Source: Deltaproteobacteria bacterium
Lineage (GTDB): Bacteria; Myxococcota_A; UBA9160; SMWR01
DNA: 64,000 nucleotides
Direction of reading: 5' to 3'
Assembly (NCBI GenBank): GCA_032128115.1
Contig: JAQBHB010000047.1
Coordinates: forward strand, 128,001-192,000
Numbering within the stretch: the stretch's first letter is position 1; the number at the start of each line of letters is the position of its first letter. A program made the translations under genes and the position numbers. Shown here piece after piece: positions 26,894-37,093 of the stretch. Under the pieces are notes generated by a model that worked only from the letters and a program-made list of their open reading frames with translations, had not been told where the DNA came from and did no database searches.

Positions 26894-28421
26894 GTCCCTG
26901 GTCGGGGCCCACCACTCCCGAGAAGCGGTCGCCCTCGCCGACGCCGTCGCTGGCCAGCTCCACCCGCAGCGAATCGCCCGGGTCGAATGCGATGGGTGCG
27001 CCGGCGAAACTCACGATCACGGTGCGCTGGTCGTCGCCGGCGCGGCGGCGGTAGACCAGAAGACCGTCCGGCGCCGGCACGAACTCGAAGGTACCCAGGC
27101 GCAGGGCCTCGCTGTTCCGTCGGGCCGCGAGCAAGCGCCGGTACAGGTGCAGGATCGAGTCCGATGCGCCGCGCTGCGTCTCGACGCTGCGGGCGCCGGC
27201 TTGCGGCGACCAGGGCAGCCAGGGTTCGCGACCCCAGCCGTGGGGAGGTTCCGCCCGCCACGGGATGGGCGAGCGACAGCCATCTCGTCCACCCGGATCG
27301 ACCACCCGCTCTTCCGGCACCTGGGCGTCTTCGAGGCCGAGCTCTTCACCCATGTACAGGAAGGCCGTGCCGCGCAGGCTGAGCAGCATCACGGCGGCCG
27401 CCCGGGCCCGGGCTTCGGAGCCGTAGCGGGTGCGCTGGCGCACCACGTCGTGATTCGAGAGCACCCAGGTCGGCCACGCCGAGAGCGGATCGAGCAACGC
27501 CCAGGTCTTCTCGAGGCACTCCCGCCACGTCGCCGCGGTCCACTCGGCGAAGAGCGGCGGGAAGTTGAAGCTCAGATGCAGCTCGTCTCCCTTTCCGAAG
27601 TAGGGGCCGATCTGCTCGATGGCGAGCAGCCACACCTCGCCCACCATCATGCGATCGCCCGGATACGAGTCGAGAAGGCGGCGGATCCGGCGCAGGTACT
27701 CGTGGGTCACGGGCACATCGTTCAGCACGCCGTGGGGGATGGGGGCCAGGCGCGCCTCCACGTCCGGGAGCTTCGGGTCCTTGCCGATGTTGTGGATCAC
27801 GTCGGCCCGGAAGCCGTCCACCCCGCGGTCGAGCCAGAAACGCAGCACCGCGTACATGGCTTCCTCGACCTCCGGGTTCGCCCAGTTCAGGTCGGGTTGG
27901 TCGCGCAGGAACGAGTGCAGGTAGAACTGGCCGGTCGCCTCGTCCAGGGTCCAGGCGGGGATACCCGCGGGCAGGGCGGCCCTCCAGTTGTTGGGAAGCG
28001 CTCCGTCCGGCCCCGGGTCGCGCCAGATGTACCAGTCGCGACGGGGACTCGTCCGCGAGCGGCGAGCCTCCTGGAACCAGGGGTGGTCGCTGGAAGTGTG
28101 GGCCGGAACCCAGTCGAGGATCACGCGGATGTCACGCGCGTGGGCCGCCGCCAGCAGGGCGTCGAAGTCCGACAGGCGGCCGAAGATCGGGTCGACGTCG
28201 CAGAAGTCCGAGACGTCGTAGCCGAAGTCGCGCATGGGCGATCTGAATATCGGCGAAAGCCAGATCGCATCGACGCCGAGCCACGCCAGGTATTCCAGTC
28301 GCTCGCAGATGCCGACCAGGTCGCCGACGCCGCTGCCGGTGGAGTCGGCGAAGGAGCGCGGATAGATCTGGTAGACGACCGCGTTCATCCACCAGGGCTT
28401 CGAGTCGCGGTTCGAATCCAT
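26880..28421 (-). CDS. GH13 alpha-glucosidase
   Basis: WW..AVVYQIYPRSFADS, DFGYDVSD, HTSSDHPWF, GVDGFRADV, GEV, SNHD. Confidence 0.93.
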   Translation of the reverse strand: MDSNRDSKPWWMNAVVYQIYPRSFADSTGSGVGDLVGICERLEYLAWLGVDAIWLSPIFRSPMRDFGYDVSDFCDVDPIFGRLSDFDALLAAAHARDIRVILDWVPAHTSSDHPWFQEARRSRTSPRRDWYIWRDPGPDGALPNNWRAALPAGIPAWTLDEATGQFYLHSFLRDQPDLNWANPEVEEAMYAVLRFWLDRGVDGFRADVIHNIGKDPKLPDVEARLAPIPHGVLNDVPVTHEYLRRIRRLLDSYPGDRMMVGEVWLLAIEQIGPYFGKGDELHLSFNFPPLFAEWTAATWRECLEKTWALLDPLSAWPTWVLSNHDVVRQRTRYGSEARARAAAVMLLSLRGTAFLYMGEELGLEDAQVPEERVVDPGGRDGCRSPIPWRAEPPHGWGREPWLPWSPQAGARSVETQRGASDSILHLYRRLLAARRNSEALRLGTFEFVPAPDGLLVYRRRAGDDQRTVIVSFAGAPIAFDPGDSLRVELASDGVGEGDRFSGVVGPDQGLILR

Positions 28422-28426
28422 GTCGG

Positions 28427-28948
28427 TCAGTCGGCGCTCCGTTTCTTCACCCAGCCTCGGTCGTGGGGCGCCATGAAGGCGACCGTGAGCTTCATGCGGC
28501 TATGGAGCCAGGCGCCGTCGACGCGCTCGTACTCATCGTCTTCGACGCCTGCCATCCAGTGGGCTCGATCGTCCGTCGTGGTGCAGGGTGCCAGGATGTC
28601 CCAGCGTGCGCTGGCCCGGTCGCCTTCCACCCGGATCCGGGGCTTTACGAACAGATGCCAGCTGAAGTGCAGGGACGGGGTGCGCATGCGTTCCCGGATC
28701 TGGTCGCGGCCCTGGCAGACACCCAGGGTGCCCGCGTCCCAGACGGCGTCTTCCGTGAACAGGTCGGCAATCTCAGCGGCGATGCGCTCCAGATCCGCCG
28801 CCTCCCGAGGTCGGCCGCGGGCGTAGCGCTCGTCCACCAGCTCGCCGTAGCGGGCCTTCAGGAAGGCGATGGCCTGCTCGTCCTCGACGACGCGCAGGCG
28901 TCGCTCCATTCCCATCAGCCGGGTTTCGAGATCTTCACGCGAAGCCAC
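28427..28948 (-). CDS. NTF2/SnoaL_4 family protein (BaiE/LinA-like)
   Basis: LRVVEDEQAI..LKARY...VD, LFTEDAVWD, P.I.V.GD.A, DEYERVDG.W. Confidence 0.82.
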   Translation of the reverse strand: MASREDLETRLMGMERRLRVVEDEQAIAFLKARYGELVDERYARGRPREAADLERIAAEIADLFTEDAVWDAGTLGVCQGRDQIRERMRTPSLHFSWHLFVKPRIRVEGDRASARWDILAPCTTTDDRAHWMAGVEDDEYERVDGAWLHSRMKLTVAFMAPHDRGWVKKRSAD

Positions 28949-28959
28949 GACAGGTCTCC

Positions 28960-29838
28960 TCAGCCCAGCAGGTCTGCGACCCGGTCCACGTCGTCCGGGT
29001 CGTCGTGGGTGGGGGTCAGCAGGATCTCGTCCGCCCCCAGATCGGCCAGCATGCGTACGCCGTCTCGCAGCGCGGTGCTCGAGGTGGCGGTCACCGTGGC
29101 TGCGATCTTCTCGGCGACGCCGGGCCCCATGAAATCCAGGTAGCGCTTCAGGTAGGTGTCCATGCGCTCGCGGGCGCCGGTTCCGATCCCGAACCAGAAG
29201 CCGCCCACCAGGCGCGGCGGAGTGTCGCGGCCCGCTTCCTTCCAGGCGTTGCGCGCCAGCTCGAAGCGCGTGCCCACTTCGCTCGCCGACGGACCGAAGC
29301 TGAAGTCGGTGAGGCCATCGGCCCAGCGAGCCGCCCGGCGCACCGAACGCGGAAACAGGGCGCCCGCCAGGATCTCCGGCCCACCGCTCTGGATCGGAAG
29401 CGGTTCCACCGGTCGCAGCGCGCCCGGCACCACGTTCTCGCCGGCCCAGGCGCGGCGCAGGGTCTCCACCTGTTGCTCCAGGCGCGCGAAGCGCCCGTCG
29501 AACGAAGCTCCCACGGCGCGATAATCCTCTTGGCGCCCGCCGACTCCCACACCCAGGCTCACGCGTCCCCCAGACAGCACGTCGAGGCTGGCCACCTGCT
29601 TGGCCACGTGCACCGCGCTGTGCATGGGTAGCACCAGCACCGAAAAGGCGATGGACACGCGCTCGGTGACGGCGGCGGCGGCCGATAGTGTCACGCCGAT
29701 CTCGGGATTCGGAAACGTGATGCGCTCGCCGGCGGCCAGCGTGGAGTACGGGCCCCGGTCGATGCGGCGCGACCAGTCGAGGATCCGGTCGCGGTCGAGT
29801 CCCGGCACCATGACGGGCAGGTGCATTCCGATCTTCAC
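28960..29838 (-). CDS. LLM-class flavin-dependent oxidoreductase
   Basis: KIGMHLP, GERITF.N.E, AKQVASLDVLSGGR..LGVGVGGR. GTG at 29838. Confidence 0.85.
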   Translation of the reverse strand: MKIGMHLPVMVPGLDRDRILDWSRRIDRGPYSTLAAGERITFPNPEIGVTLSAAAAVTERVSIAFSVLVLPMHSAVHVAKQVASLDVLSGGRVSLGVGVGGRQEDYRAVGASFDGRFARLEQQVETLRRAWAGENVVPGALRPVEPLPIQSGGPEILAGALFPRSVRRAARWADGLTDFSFGPSASEVGTRFELARNAWKEAGRDTPPRLVGGFWFGIGTGARERMDTYLKRYLDFMGPGVAEKIAATVTATSSTALRDGVRMLADLGADEILLTPTHDDPDDVDRVADLLG

Positions 29839-29863
29839 GCGGCGGGCTCCCGGGGCGCGACGT

Positions 29864-32266
29864 TCACAGGAATGACGGCCGGTCGCCGATGATTCCGGCA
29901 TCCCGCAAGCTCTCGAGTTCATCCTGCGACAGGCCGAGTTCTCCTCCCAGGATCTCGGCGTTGTGTTGGCCCAGGGTGGGCGGCGGGCAACGGTGCAACT
30001 GGGTCCCCAGGGCCGAGAATCCCATGGGAAAGCCCGGGTAGCGCGTCTCGCCCGTGACCGGGTGCTTCATCGTCTGGAAGAAGCGCCGGTGCTCGAGCTG
30101 GGGGTGGGGCATCAGGGAGTGGGGATTGATCACCGCGGTGGCGGGGATCCCGGCGGCGAGCAAGGTTTCGACCGCATCGCAGAGCGCGATGCCCGCCAGC
30201 CAGGCTTCCAGGTGGACATCGATCTCATCGTGCCGGGCCCGCCGCCCGGCAGCGTTGGCGAGAGCCGGGTCTAGCGCCCACTCCGGGTCGCCCAGGATTT
30301 CGCGCAGCGCCCGCCACTGGTCGTCGTTGGCCACGGCCAGGGCCAGCAGTTCGTCGTCACCGGCGCAGGCGTATACACCCTGGGGAGCCGAGACGGGTCC
30401 GCGATTTCCGTCGCGACCGAGTACCCGGCCGTAGGCCGAAGTCTCGATCACCTGCTCCGCCGCGATGGCGAGCGCCGTTTCCACCAGCGGCACCTCCACG
30501 AGCTGCCCCTCGCCCGTGCGCTTGCGGTGTTCCAGGGCCATGAGCAGCGCGAAGGTGGCGTGCATTCCGGCGATGGGGTCGCAGGCGCCGCGCACCACCA
30601 GCGGCAGGTCTTCGTAGCCTGTGATCCACGCGAGTCCCGACACCTGCTCGATGGTCATGGCGAAGCCGGTGCGATCGCGCCACGGACCGTCGAGTCCAAA
30701 GGCCGGGATGCGCACCATGATCAGACGCGAACCCAACTCGCGGATCGTCTCCCACCCCAGCCCGAAGTTTTCGAGCACCCGCGGCGAGTAGTTCTCGAGC
30801 ACCACGTCGGCGCCGGCGATCAATCGCTTCACCAGCGCGAGACCTTCCTCGCTATCCAGGTTGAGTGTGATGGCACGTTTTCCGGTGTTGGCGCCGTGGA
30901 ACACGGGAGACCATTCCCAGATCTGCTCGCACGGAACCGAGCCGGCGAAGCGCATGCCATCCGGACGCTGGATCGACTCCACCTTCACCACGTCGGCGCC
31001 CAGGGCCGCGAGATAGCTGGCGGCCATGGGCCCGGCCCAGAAGGCGCTCAAGTCCACCACCCGCAGGCCCTCGAGGGGAAGCGGCGAGGCCGGGCTTCCC
31101 GGGGGTCGCGCACGCGCGCTGGCGGACTTTTCCGCGGCAGGTCCGACGTCGTCGCGCGTGCCGAGCCGGGGCGCAGCGCCGAGGGGACGCAACGGGGTCT
31201 TCTCCAGCCGATACGGGATGCGCGGTTGCGCGAACCCGCCCGGGTTGTCCTGGAAGACCCCGCGTTTCACCAGGTGGTCCATCTTCGGAAGCGTGTGGCC
31301 ATTGCCCACGGGAGCCACCGGGATCCGCATCAGACTGGCCAGTTCGACGATCTCGTCCACCGTGCGCTCGCGCGTCCAGCCGTGGATTGCCTCGCGCATG
31401 AACTCGAGATTGTCCATGCGTGTGCGCCCGTTCAGGAACTTCTCGTCTTCGCCGATGTCGGGCCGGCCGATCAGGACGCAGAAGTCCTTCCACTGTTGTC
31501 CGGTGATGGTGCAGAAGCCCACCCAGCCATCCCGGGCCGGCTCGATCGAGGGGATCTCGATGGCCCGGGGGAGGGGACCCTCGAACCACTGGCTGTTGAG
31601 ATCGTGGTAGATGGTCAGGCACAACAACATGGATTCGAACATGGACAGATCCACGTGCTGGCCGGCTCCGGTGCGCTCGGCCGAGAGGCGCGCCGACATG
31701 GCGCCGACTGCCGCGAAGGTTCCGGCGATCCACTCGCCCAGGCGCCCGCCGGCGGCGACGGGTACGCGGTCGCGCAGTCCGCGGTAGGCGATCGAGCCCG
31801 CGGCCGCCTGGAGCGTGAACTCGGTCCATGGGCGATTCGCCCACGGACCGTGGCTTCCCCACGGTGTGATCGACACCAGCGATAGCGTCGGATTGCTCCC
31901 CTGCAGTGTCGTCAGATCCAGGTCGTGACGGGCGAGCTGGCCCGGGGCGAAGCTCTCCACCACCCAATCGGCCGTTTCGGTCAGGTCGAGCAGCGTCCGC
32001 CGGTCTTCCGGGCGCGCCAGATCGAGCACCACCCCCTGCTTCGAGGCATTCAGATACTGGAACAACGCTCCGTCCTGCCCGTCGGGAATCGCCGTGCCCG
32101 ACGCGGTCCAGCGGCGCAGGGAGTCGCCGCCGGGCGGCTCCACCTTCATCACCTCGGCGCCCGCGTCGACCAACAGCTTGGTGCAATAGGGGCCAGCGAT
32201 CCCGGTGGAGAGATCCACGACGCGCGAGCCCGCGAGCGGCCACTCTGTCGTCTTCGATGCCGTCAC
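29864..32266 (-). CDS. CaiB/BaiF family III CoA transferase, two fused domains
   Basis: Two repeats of L.G.RVVDLS...AGP...GA.V.KVE, and C-terminal PPTLGQHN. GTG at 32266 with GGAGG. Confidence 0.9.
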   Translation of the reverse strand: MTASKTTEWPLAGSRVVDLSTGIAGPYCTKLLVDAGAEVMKVEPPGGDSLRRWTASGTAIPDGQDGALFQYLNASKQGVVLDLARPEDRRTLLDLTETADWVVESFAPGQLARHDLDLTTLQGSNPTLSLVSITPWGSHGPWANRPWTEFTLQAAAGSIAYRGLRDRVPVAAGGRLGEWIAGTFAAVGAMSARLSAERTGAGQHVDLSMFESMLLCLTIYHDLNSQWFEGPLPRAIEIPSIEPARDGWVGFCTITGQQWKDFCVLIGRPDIGEDEKFLNGRTRMDNLEFMREAIHGWTRERTVDEIVELASLMRIPVAPVGNGHTLPKMDHLVKRGVFQDNPGGFAQPRIPYRLEKTPLRPLGAAPRLGTRDDVGPAAEKSASARARPPGSPASPLPLEGLRVVDLSAFWAGPMAASYLAALGADVVKVESIQRPDGMRFAGSVPCEQIWEWSPVFHGANTGKRAITLNLDSEEGLALVKRLIAGADVVLENYSPRVLENFGLGWETIRELGSRLIMVRIPAFGLDGPWRDRTGFAMTIEQVSGLAWITGYEDLPLVVRGACDPIAGMHATFALLMALEHRKRTGEGQLVEVPLVETALAIAAEQVIETSAYGRVLGRDGNRGPVSAPQGVYACAGDDELLALAVANDDQWRALREILGDPEWALDPALANAAGRRARHDEIDVHLEAWLAGIALCDAVETLLAAGIPATAVINPHSLMPHPQLEHRRFFQTMKHPVTGETRYPGFPMGFSALGTQLHRCPPPTLGQHNAEILGGELGLSQDELESLRDAGIIGDRPSFL

Positions 32267-32366
32267 CGGGCCTGCCTCCGGTTCCCATTCTGGCACAGAA
32301 TCTCGACGAACCGCCCCGTCAGGCCCCGCCGGATCCCGGTACAATCGCCCCTGAGATCGTTGCATC

Positions 32367-33623
32367 ATGGGCGCCGGGGAGCGGTTGGCAATCGAAGAGC
32401 CGGAGAACGGATCCCCGTGGAGCCACGCGGGCGATACGTTCCGGATTCCCCACTTCTTCACTCTATGGTCGTCGAACCTGATCCAGTTCGTGTCCGCCTT
32501 CGTCTACACGGTGGTCCTGGCCTGGCTCGTGACGAGCCTGACCGAGTCGAGAACCGTGGTGGGCCTGGTGGGCTTCGCACAGGGCGGGGTGATGTTCCTG
32601 GCCTCGCCGCTGGCCGGCGTGGCCGTCGATCGACTGTCGAAGCGGCACCTGCTCTTCGTCGGGCGGCTGGGGCTGGCGGGGGTGGTGGCGGCCATCGCCG
32701 CCCTGGTCGCCGTCGGGCACATCGAGATCTGGCACATCCTGGTGGCATCGGTGGCCGGGGGGCTGCTCACGGCTCTCATGCAGCCGGCCACCCAGACCTA
32801 TGTGTTCGACGTGGTGAACCGGCAGCACCTCCAGAGCGCGGTCTCCCTCAACGCGGGAGCCACGAGCGTGGCGCACACGGCGGGTCCGCTGGTGGGCGGG
32901 GCCCTGGTGGGCGCCATCGGCTTCGTCGGGGCGTACGTGTCCGCCGCGGTCGGCCTCGTGCTCTCGGCCTTGCTTCTGCTCTCGATTCCGGTGATCGGAC
33001 GGGCGAAGCCGTCGGTGAGCCACGCCCACTGGGCGTCGGACCTGCGCCAGGGGCTGGCCTACGTGTGGTCGCATCCTCCCGTGCGCCTGGTGCTGATGGC
33101 GTGCTCCATGTCCGTGTTCAACGGCTCCGTGGCCGCCATGCGACCCATCTTCGCTCGACACGTGCTCGGCGTGGACAGCGTGGGCTATGGAGCCATGGCA
33201 GCGGCCGCGGGCCTCGGCGGCCTCGCAACGGCCGTGGTGCTGGCGGGGCTTCCCAGCGCCCGGCGGCCGGGCCCCTGGATCGTGGCCAGCATGCTGGTGT
33301 TCGCCCTGCTGATCGTCCTGTACGCCTTCGCCTTCTCGTTCGAGTACATCCTGGTCATCGAGCTTCTCACCGGCGTCGCCGGTCAGGTCTGGATGGTGTC
33401 GACCTTTTCGGGGCTGCAGATGGCGGTTCCCGAAGAAATGCGCGGCCGGGTGGTGAGCCTCGTCTTCACGGTCGTGATGCTGGCGCCCATCGGCGGCCTG
33501 TTCGTGGGGCTGCTGGCCGACAGCATCGGCGACCGCTTCGCCCTGGGGATCTTCGGGATGATTCCGGCGGTCGTCCTGGCCGGGATGCTGGTGGGCGGAT
33601 ACCGCTCTCTGCGTCGGCTCTGA
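32367..33623 (+). CDS. MFS transporter
   Basis: Multiple TM segments, AGVAVDRLSKR (motif A), VPEEMRGRVVS. Confidence 0.9.
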   Translation: MGAGERLAIEEPENGSPWSHAGDTFRIPHFFTLWSSNLIQFVSAFVYTVVLAWLVTSLTESRTVVGLVGFAQGGVMFLASPLAGVAVDRLSKRHLLFVGRLGLAGVVAAIAALVAVGHIEIWHILVASVAGGLLTALMQPATQTYVFDVVNRQHLQSAVSLNAGATSVAHTAGPLVGGALVGAIGFVGAYVSAAVGLVLSALLLLSIPVIGRAKPSVSHAHWASDLRQGLAYVWSHPPVRLVLMACSMSVFNGSVAAMRPIFARHVLGVDSVGYGAMAAAAGLGGLATAVVLAGLPSARRPGPWIVASMLVFALLIVLYAFAFSFEYILVIELLTGVAGQVWMVSTFSGLQMAVPEEMRGRVVSLVFTVVMLAPIGGLFVGLLADSIGDRFALGIFGMIPAVVLAGMLVGGYRSLRRL

Positions 33624-33724
33624 CCCCCCGGGGAGTCCGATTTTCGGCCTTCCCCTACGGCGTTCGGTGATACACTGACTGGCGTTGAGAGCCGGAGGGG
33701 GAAAGCCGGCTCGACGAGGCCGCG

Positions 33725-34942
33725 ATGAGGCAGCTCATCGGACCGCTCGTTCTCGTCGCTTCGCTCCTCGCGCTGGGGTGTGGGGACTCGGGGTCGACCG
33801 GGGACGCGCGCGCGCCCGAGAAGATCGCCACGCTCGCCACTCCGGAGGTGAGCCGGGACGCGATCGCCCGGACCGCCCGCGTGCAGCGGCACGTGGACGG
33901 GGTGCCCGTCTACCGCCGTGAGATCCTCTCGCCCGTCTATCACATCGACCGCCTGTACAAGTCCATGCGCGGGCCCATGAGCAACGTGGCCTTCCGCCTG
34001 CACGAGCGCGAGGCCGAACTGCTGTGGATCACGGGATACCGGGCCGACGTGGTGGCCTCCGACGGGCGCACTCCCCTATCGGCCGAGTTCATGTGCCACA
34101 GCAGTCTCGAGGTGAATGGAGCGCGCTACCTGCAGCGCTTTCCCACCGAGATGGGTCTCACCAGCGATCGCCTGTTCACGGCGTCTCAGGGCCAGCTCGG
34201 TCTCGAGCTGCCCGAGGGCTTCGGGATTCCCATGCTCTCCACCAGCCACCTGACTCTCAACACCCAGGTGTTGAACCACAATCTCGGCGACGCGGACATC
34301 GAGGCTCGCCATCGCGTCTCCATCGACTTCATCCGCGACCGCGACCTGGAGACACCGCTCCGCCCCCTGATGCAGCGGGGTGTCTATGCCCTCAGGCTCA
34401 CCGACGGGGCCGACGGTCACTTCGGACTGGCGAGCGTGGACGCGGACGAATCCAAGCACGGGCCGGGTTGCTTGCCCGGAGACGACGCCAGCGGCCGCGA
34501 GAGCCATCTGGAGTTCGACGAGCAGGGTCGCCAGTTCACGGGTTTCTGGGTGGTGGAGCCGGGGCGCGACGTGAATCACACGCGTGTGACCACGAAGCTG
34601 GATCTCCCCTACGACAGCACGGTTCACGCGATCGCCGTGCACCTGCATCCTTTCGCCGAGTCGCTCGAGCTCCGTGATCTGACGGCGAACGCAACGGTGT
34701 TCCACAGCCGCGCGCAACAGGTCGAGTCGGGAATTGGGCTCTCGCATGTGGAGACCTTCGTGAGCCGAGACGGGCTTCCCCTGTACGCGGACCACGAGTA
34801 CGAACTCGTCAGCGTCTACGACAACACCAGTGACGAGGACCAGGATTCCATGGCGGTCATGTATCTCTACGTTCTCGTTCGCGACCTCCCGGATCTGCGC
34901 GGCCTGGTCGGCACCACGACCGCCACGATCGCAACTCCCTGA
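33725..34942 (+). CDS. Lipoprotein, putative copper type II (PHM/DBH-like) monooxygenase
   Basis: Lipobox LALGC, LPEGFGIP, HLH (H306/H308) and DSM (M376) with CuM-like spacing. Confidence 0.55.
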   Translation: MRQLIGPLVLVASLLALGCGDSGSTGDARAPEKIATLATPEVSRDAIARTARVQRHVDGVPVYRREILSPVYHIDRLYKSMRGPMSNVAFRLHEREAELLWITGYRADVVASDGRTPLSAEFMCHSSLEVNGARYLQRFPTEMGLTSDRLFTASQGQLGLELPEGFGIPMLSTSHLTLNTQVLNHNLGDADIEARHRVSIDFIRDRDLETPLRPLMQRGVYALRLTDGADGHFGLASVDADESKHGPGCLPGDDASGRESHLEFDEQGRQFTGFWVVEPGRDVNHTRVTTKLDLPYDSTVHAIAVHLHPFAESLELRDLTANATVFHSRAQQVESGIGLSHVETFVSRDGLPLYADHEYELVSVYDNTSDEDQDSMAVMYLYVLVRDLPDLRGLVGTTTATIATP

Positions 34943-35008
34943 AATCGCGGTATCGCCGGCAGCGGGCGGCCCGGTGCCCTAGCGTGGCTTTTCGGGAGGG
35001 CCCGCGGC

Positions 35009-36241
35009 ATGTCGCGATGGCCGGTTCGGCTCTACAACGGGGTGCAGCGAGCCCGCTGGAAGCTGGGCGGGGCGCCAGTCGGCTTCCGCGACGGCGAGGA
35101 CGCGCACTTGGAGGCCGCCCGGTCGGCGACGGGCCTCGACGACTTCGGCGATCCGGGCTTTCGTGAGGGCCTCGGGGTTCTGCTCCGGGCCTACGACGAG
35201 GAGGCGCGCCTCACGCCCTTCGGTCGTCGGATGGTGTCGGCCGAACTCACCGGGATCCTGGCGGCGCGCCTGACCGTGGAGGCCGCCTGGAAGCGCGAGC
35301 CCCGGGTGCTCGACGAGCCGATCCGACGCCCGATCTTCGTGCTGGGCCTGCCGCGCACGGGAACCACGGCGCTCCACTCGCTGCTTGCCCAGGACCCGGA
35401 GCACCAGGTGCTCGAATACTGGCTGGCAACGGCGCCAGGGCCGCGGCCTCCCCGCAGTGCGTGGCAGCGCGATCCGCGCTTCGTGGCCGCCCGCCGTGGG
35501 CTTCGCACGCTGTACTTCCTGGATCCGGGACTCAAGTCAATCCACCTGCTCACGCCTGAGGGTCCCGACGAGTGCCGGCACCTGTTCGTGCAATCCTTCG
35601 TCGACCACACGTTCGATTCCAACGCCCACATCCCCAGCTACACCCGCTGGTTTGCGAGCCAGGACATGCGTCCGGCCTACGCACGCCACCGCGATGTCCT
35701 CAAGCTGATCGGGTCGCCTACCCCGGAGCGGCGCTGGGTGCTCAAGTATCCGGCCCACCTGCGCGAACTGCCGGCGCTGCTCGAGACCTACCCGGACGCC
35801 TGTATCGTGCAGACCCACCGGGATCCCGCCCGGGTGCTTCCCTCCCTGTGCAGCCTGGTGGCGGGCTGGCGTTCGCTCTACGAGGATCCGGTGGATGCAC
35901 GGGCGCTGGGCCGCTGGCAGCTGGACATGCTCTCGGACATGGTGGTGGGTGCCGTGGCCACGCGGAGTGCGGCCGATCCGTCGTGTTTCTACGACTTCCA
36001 TTTCGACGACGTGCTCTCGGATCCGGTGGGTGGTGTGAAGCGCATGTACAAGCACTTCGGACTGGAGCTGACGGCCGAGGCCGAGCGTCGCATGCGAGCC
36101 TGGCACGCGCAGCATCCCCAGGGCGCGCACGGCGGGCACGGCTACACGTCCGCGCAGTTTGGCCTGTCCGACGGCGAGATCCGCGAGCGCTTCGGCCCCT
36201 ACATCGAGCGCCATGGGGTGGCGTCAGAGGCCGGAACCTAG
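35009..36241 (+). CDS. PAPS-dependent sulfotransferase (mycobacterial Stf-like)
   Basis: PIFVLGLPRTGTT (5'-PSB), PDEC, WVLKYPAHL, QTHRDP...SLCSL (3'-PB). Confidence 0.9.
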   Translation: MSRWPVRLYNGVQRARWKLGGAPVGFRDGEDAHLEAARSATGLDDFGDPGFREGLGVLLRAYDEEARLTPFGRRMVSAELTGILAARLTVEAAWKREPRVLDEPIRRPIFVLGLPRTGTTALHSLLAQDPEHQVLEYWLATAPGPRPPRSAWQRDPRFVAARRGLRTLYFLDPGLKSIHLLTPEGPDECRHLFVQSFVDHTFDSNAHIPSYTRWFASQDMRPAYARHRDVLKLIGSPTPERRWVLKYPAHLRELPALLETYPDACIVQTHRDPARVLPSLCSLVAGWRSLYEDPVDARALGRWQLDMLSDMVVGAVATRSAADPSCFYDFHFDDVLSDPVGGVKRMYKHFGLELTAEAERRMRAWHAQHPQGAHGGHGYTSAQFGLSDGEIRERFGPYIERHGVASEAGT

Positions 36242-36304
36242 CTTCGCTCCTTCCAGAACCAGCGGCCCTCGCGTCTCGGGGCCCGCGCTCTATGCTGGGG
36301 CCCC

Positions 36305-37075
36305 ATGGGTCTGCTCGATGGAAAGATCGCCGTGGTTACGGGAGCGGGCGCCGGCATCGGTCGCGCCACGGCGCTGCTATTCGCCCGCGAAGGGGCGCGC
36401 GTCACCGTGGCCGATCGCGACGAGGCCGGCGGCCGCCAGACGACCGAGCAGATCGTGGCCGCCGGCGGCGAGTCGCTCTTCGTGCAGACCGATGTATCGC
36501 GCAGCGACCAGGTCGAGGCCATGGTTGCGAAAACCGTGGAGGTCTTCGGGGGACTGGACTGCGCATCGAACAATGCCGCCTCGGCGGGGGGCTTTGGATA
36601 CACGGCCGACATCTCCGAGAAGGCCTTCGATCTGGCGATTCAGGTGACCCTCAAGGGTGTGTGGCTGTGCATGAAGTACCAGATCCCGGCCATGCTCGAG
36701 CGGGGCGGCGGCTCGATCGTGAACATCGGCTCGGCGTCGGCGATCAAGGGGGAAGCGCTGCTCCCGGCCTATTCGGCGGCCAAGGGGGGCGTCCTGGCAC
36801 TCACCAAGACCGCCGCCGCCGAGTATGCCGAGCGCGGGATCCGGGTGAACGCAGTGTGCCCCGGCGGCGTTCGCACGCCCTCGCTGGAGCAATACCTGGC
36901 GCGTTCGCCGGATCTTGCGGAGCGCACCGTGAACAGCCACGCCATGAAGCGGATCGCCGAGCCCGACGAGATCGCGCAAGGCGTCGCCTGGCTGTGCTCG
37001 GATCGCTCGTCGTTCGCCACCGGACAGATCATGGTGTTGGACGGGGGCAGCCTGGTGAAATCACACCTGTTCTGA
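36305..37075 (+). CDS. Short-chain dehydrogenase/reductase
   Basis: TGAGAGIG, NNA, YSAAK, IRVNAVCPG. Confidence 0.93.
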   Translation: MGLLDGKIAVVTGAGAGIGRATALLFAREGARVTVADRDEAGGRQTTEQIVAAGGESLFVQTDVSRSDQVEAMVAKTVEVFGGLDCASNNAASAGGFGYTADISEKAFDLAIQVTLKGVWLCMKYQIPAMLERGGGSIVNIGSASAIKGEALLPAYSAAKGGVLALTKTAAAEYAERGIRVNAVCPGGVRTPSLEQYLARSPDLAERTVNSHAMKRIAEPDEIAQGVAWLCSDRSSFATGQIMVLDGGSLVKSHLF

Positions 37076-37093
37076 GCAAGAGGAAGATCCCGC

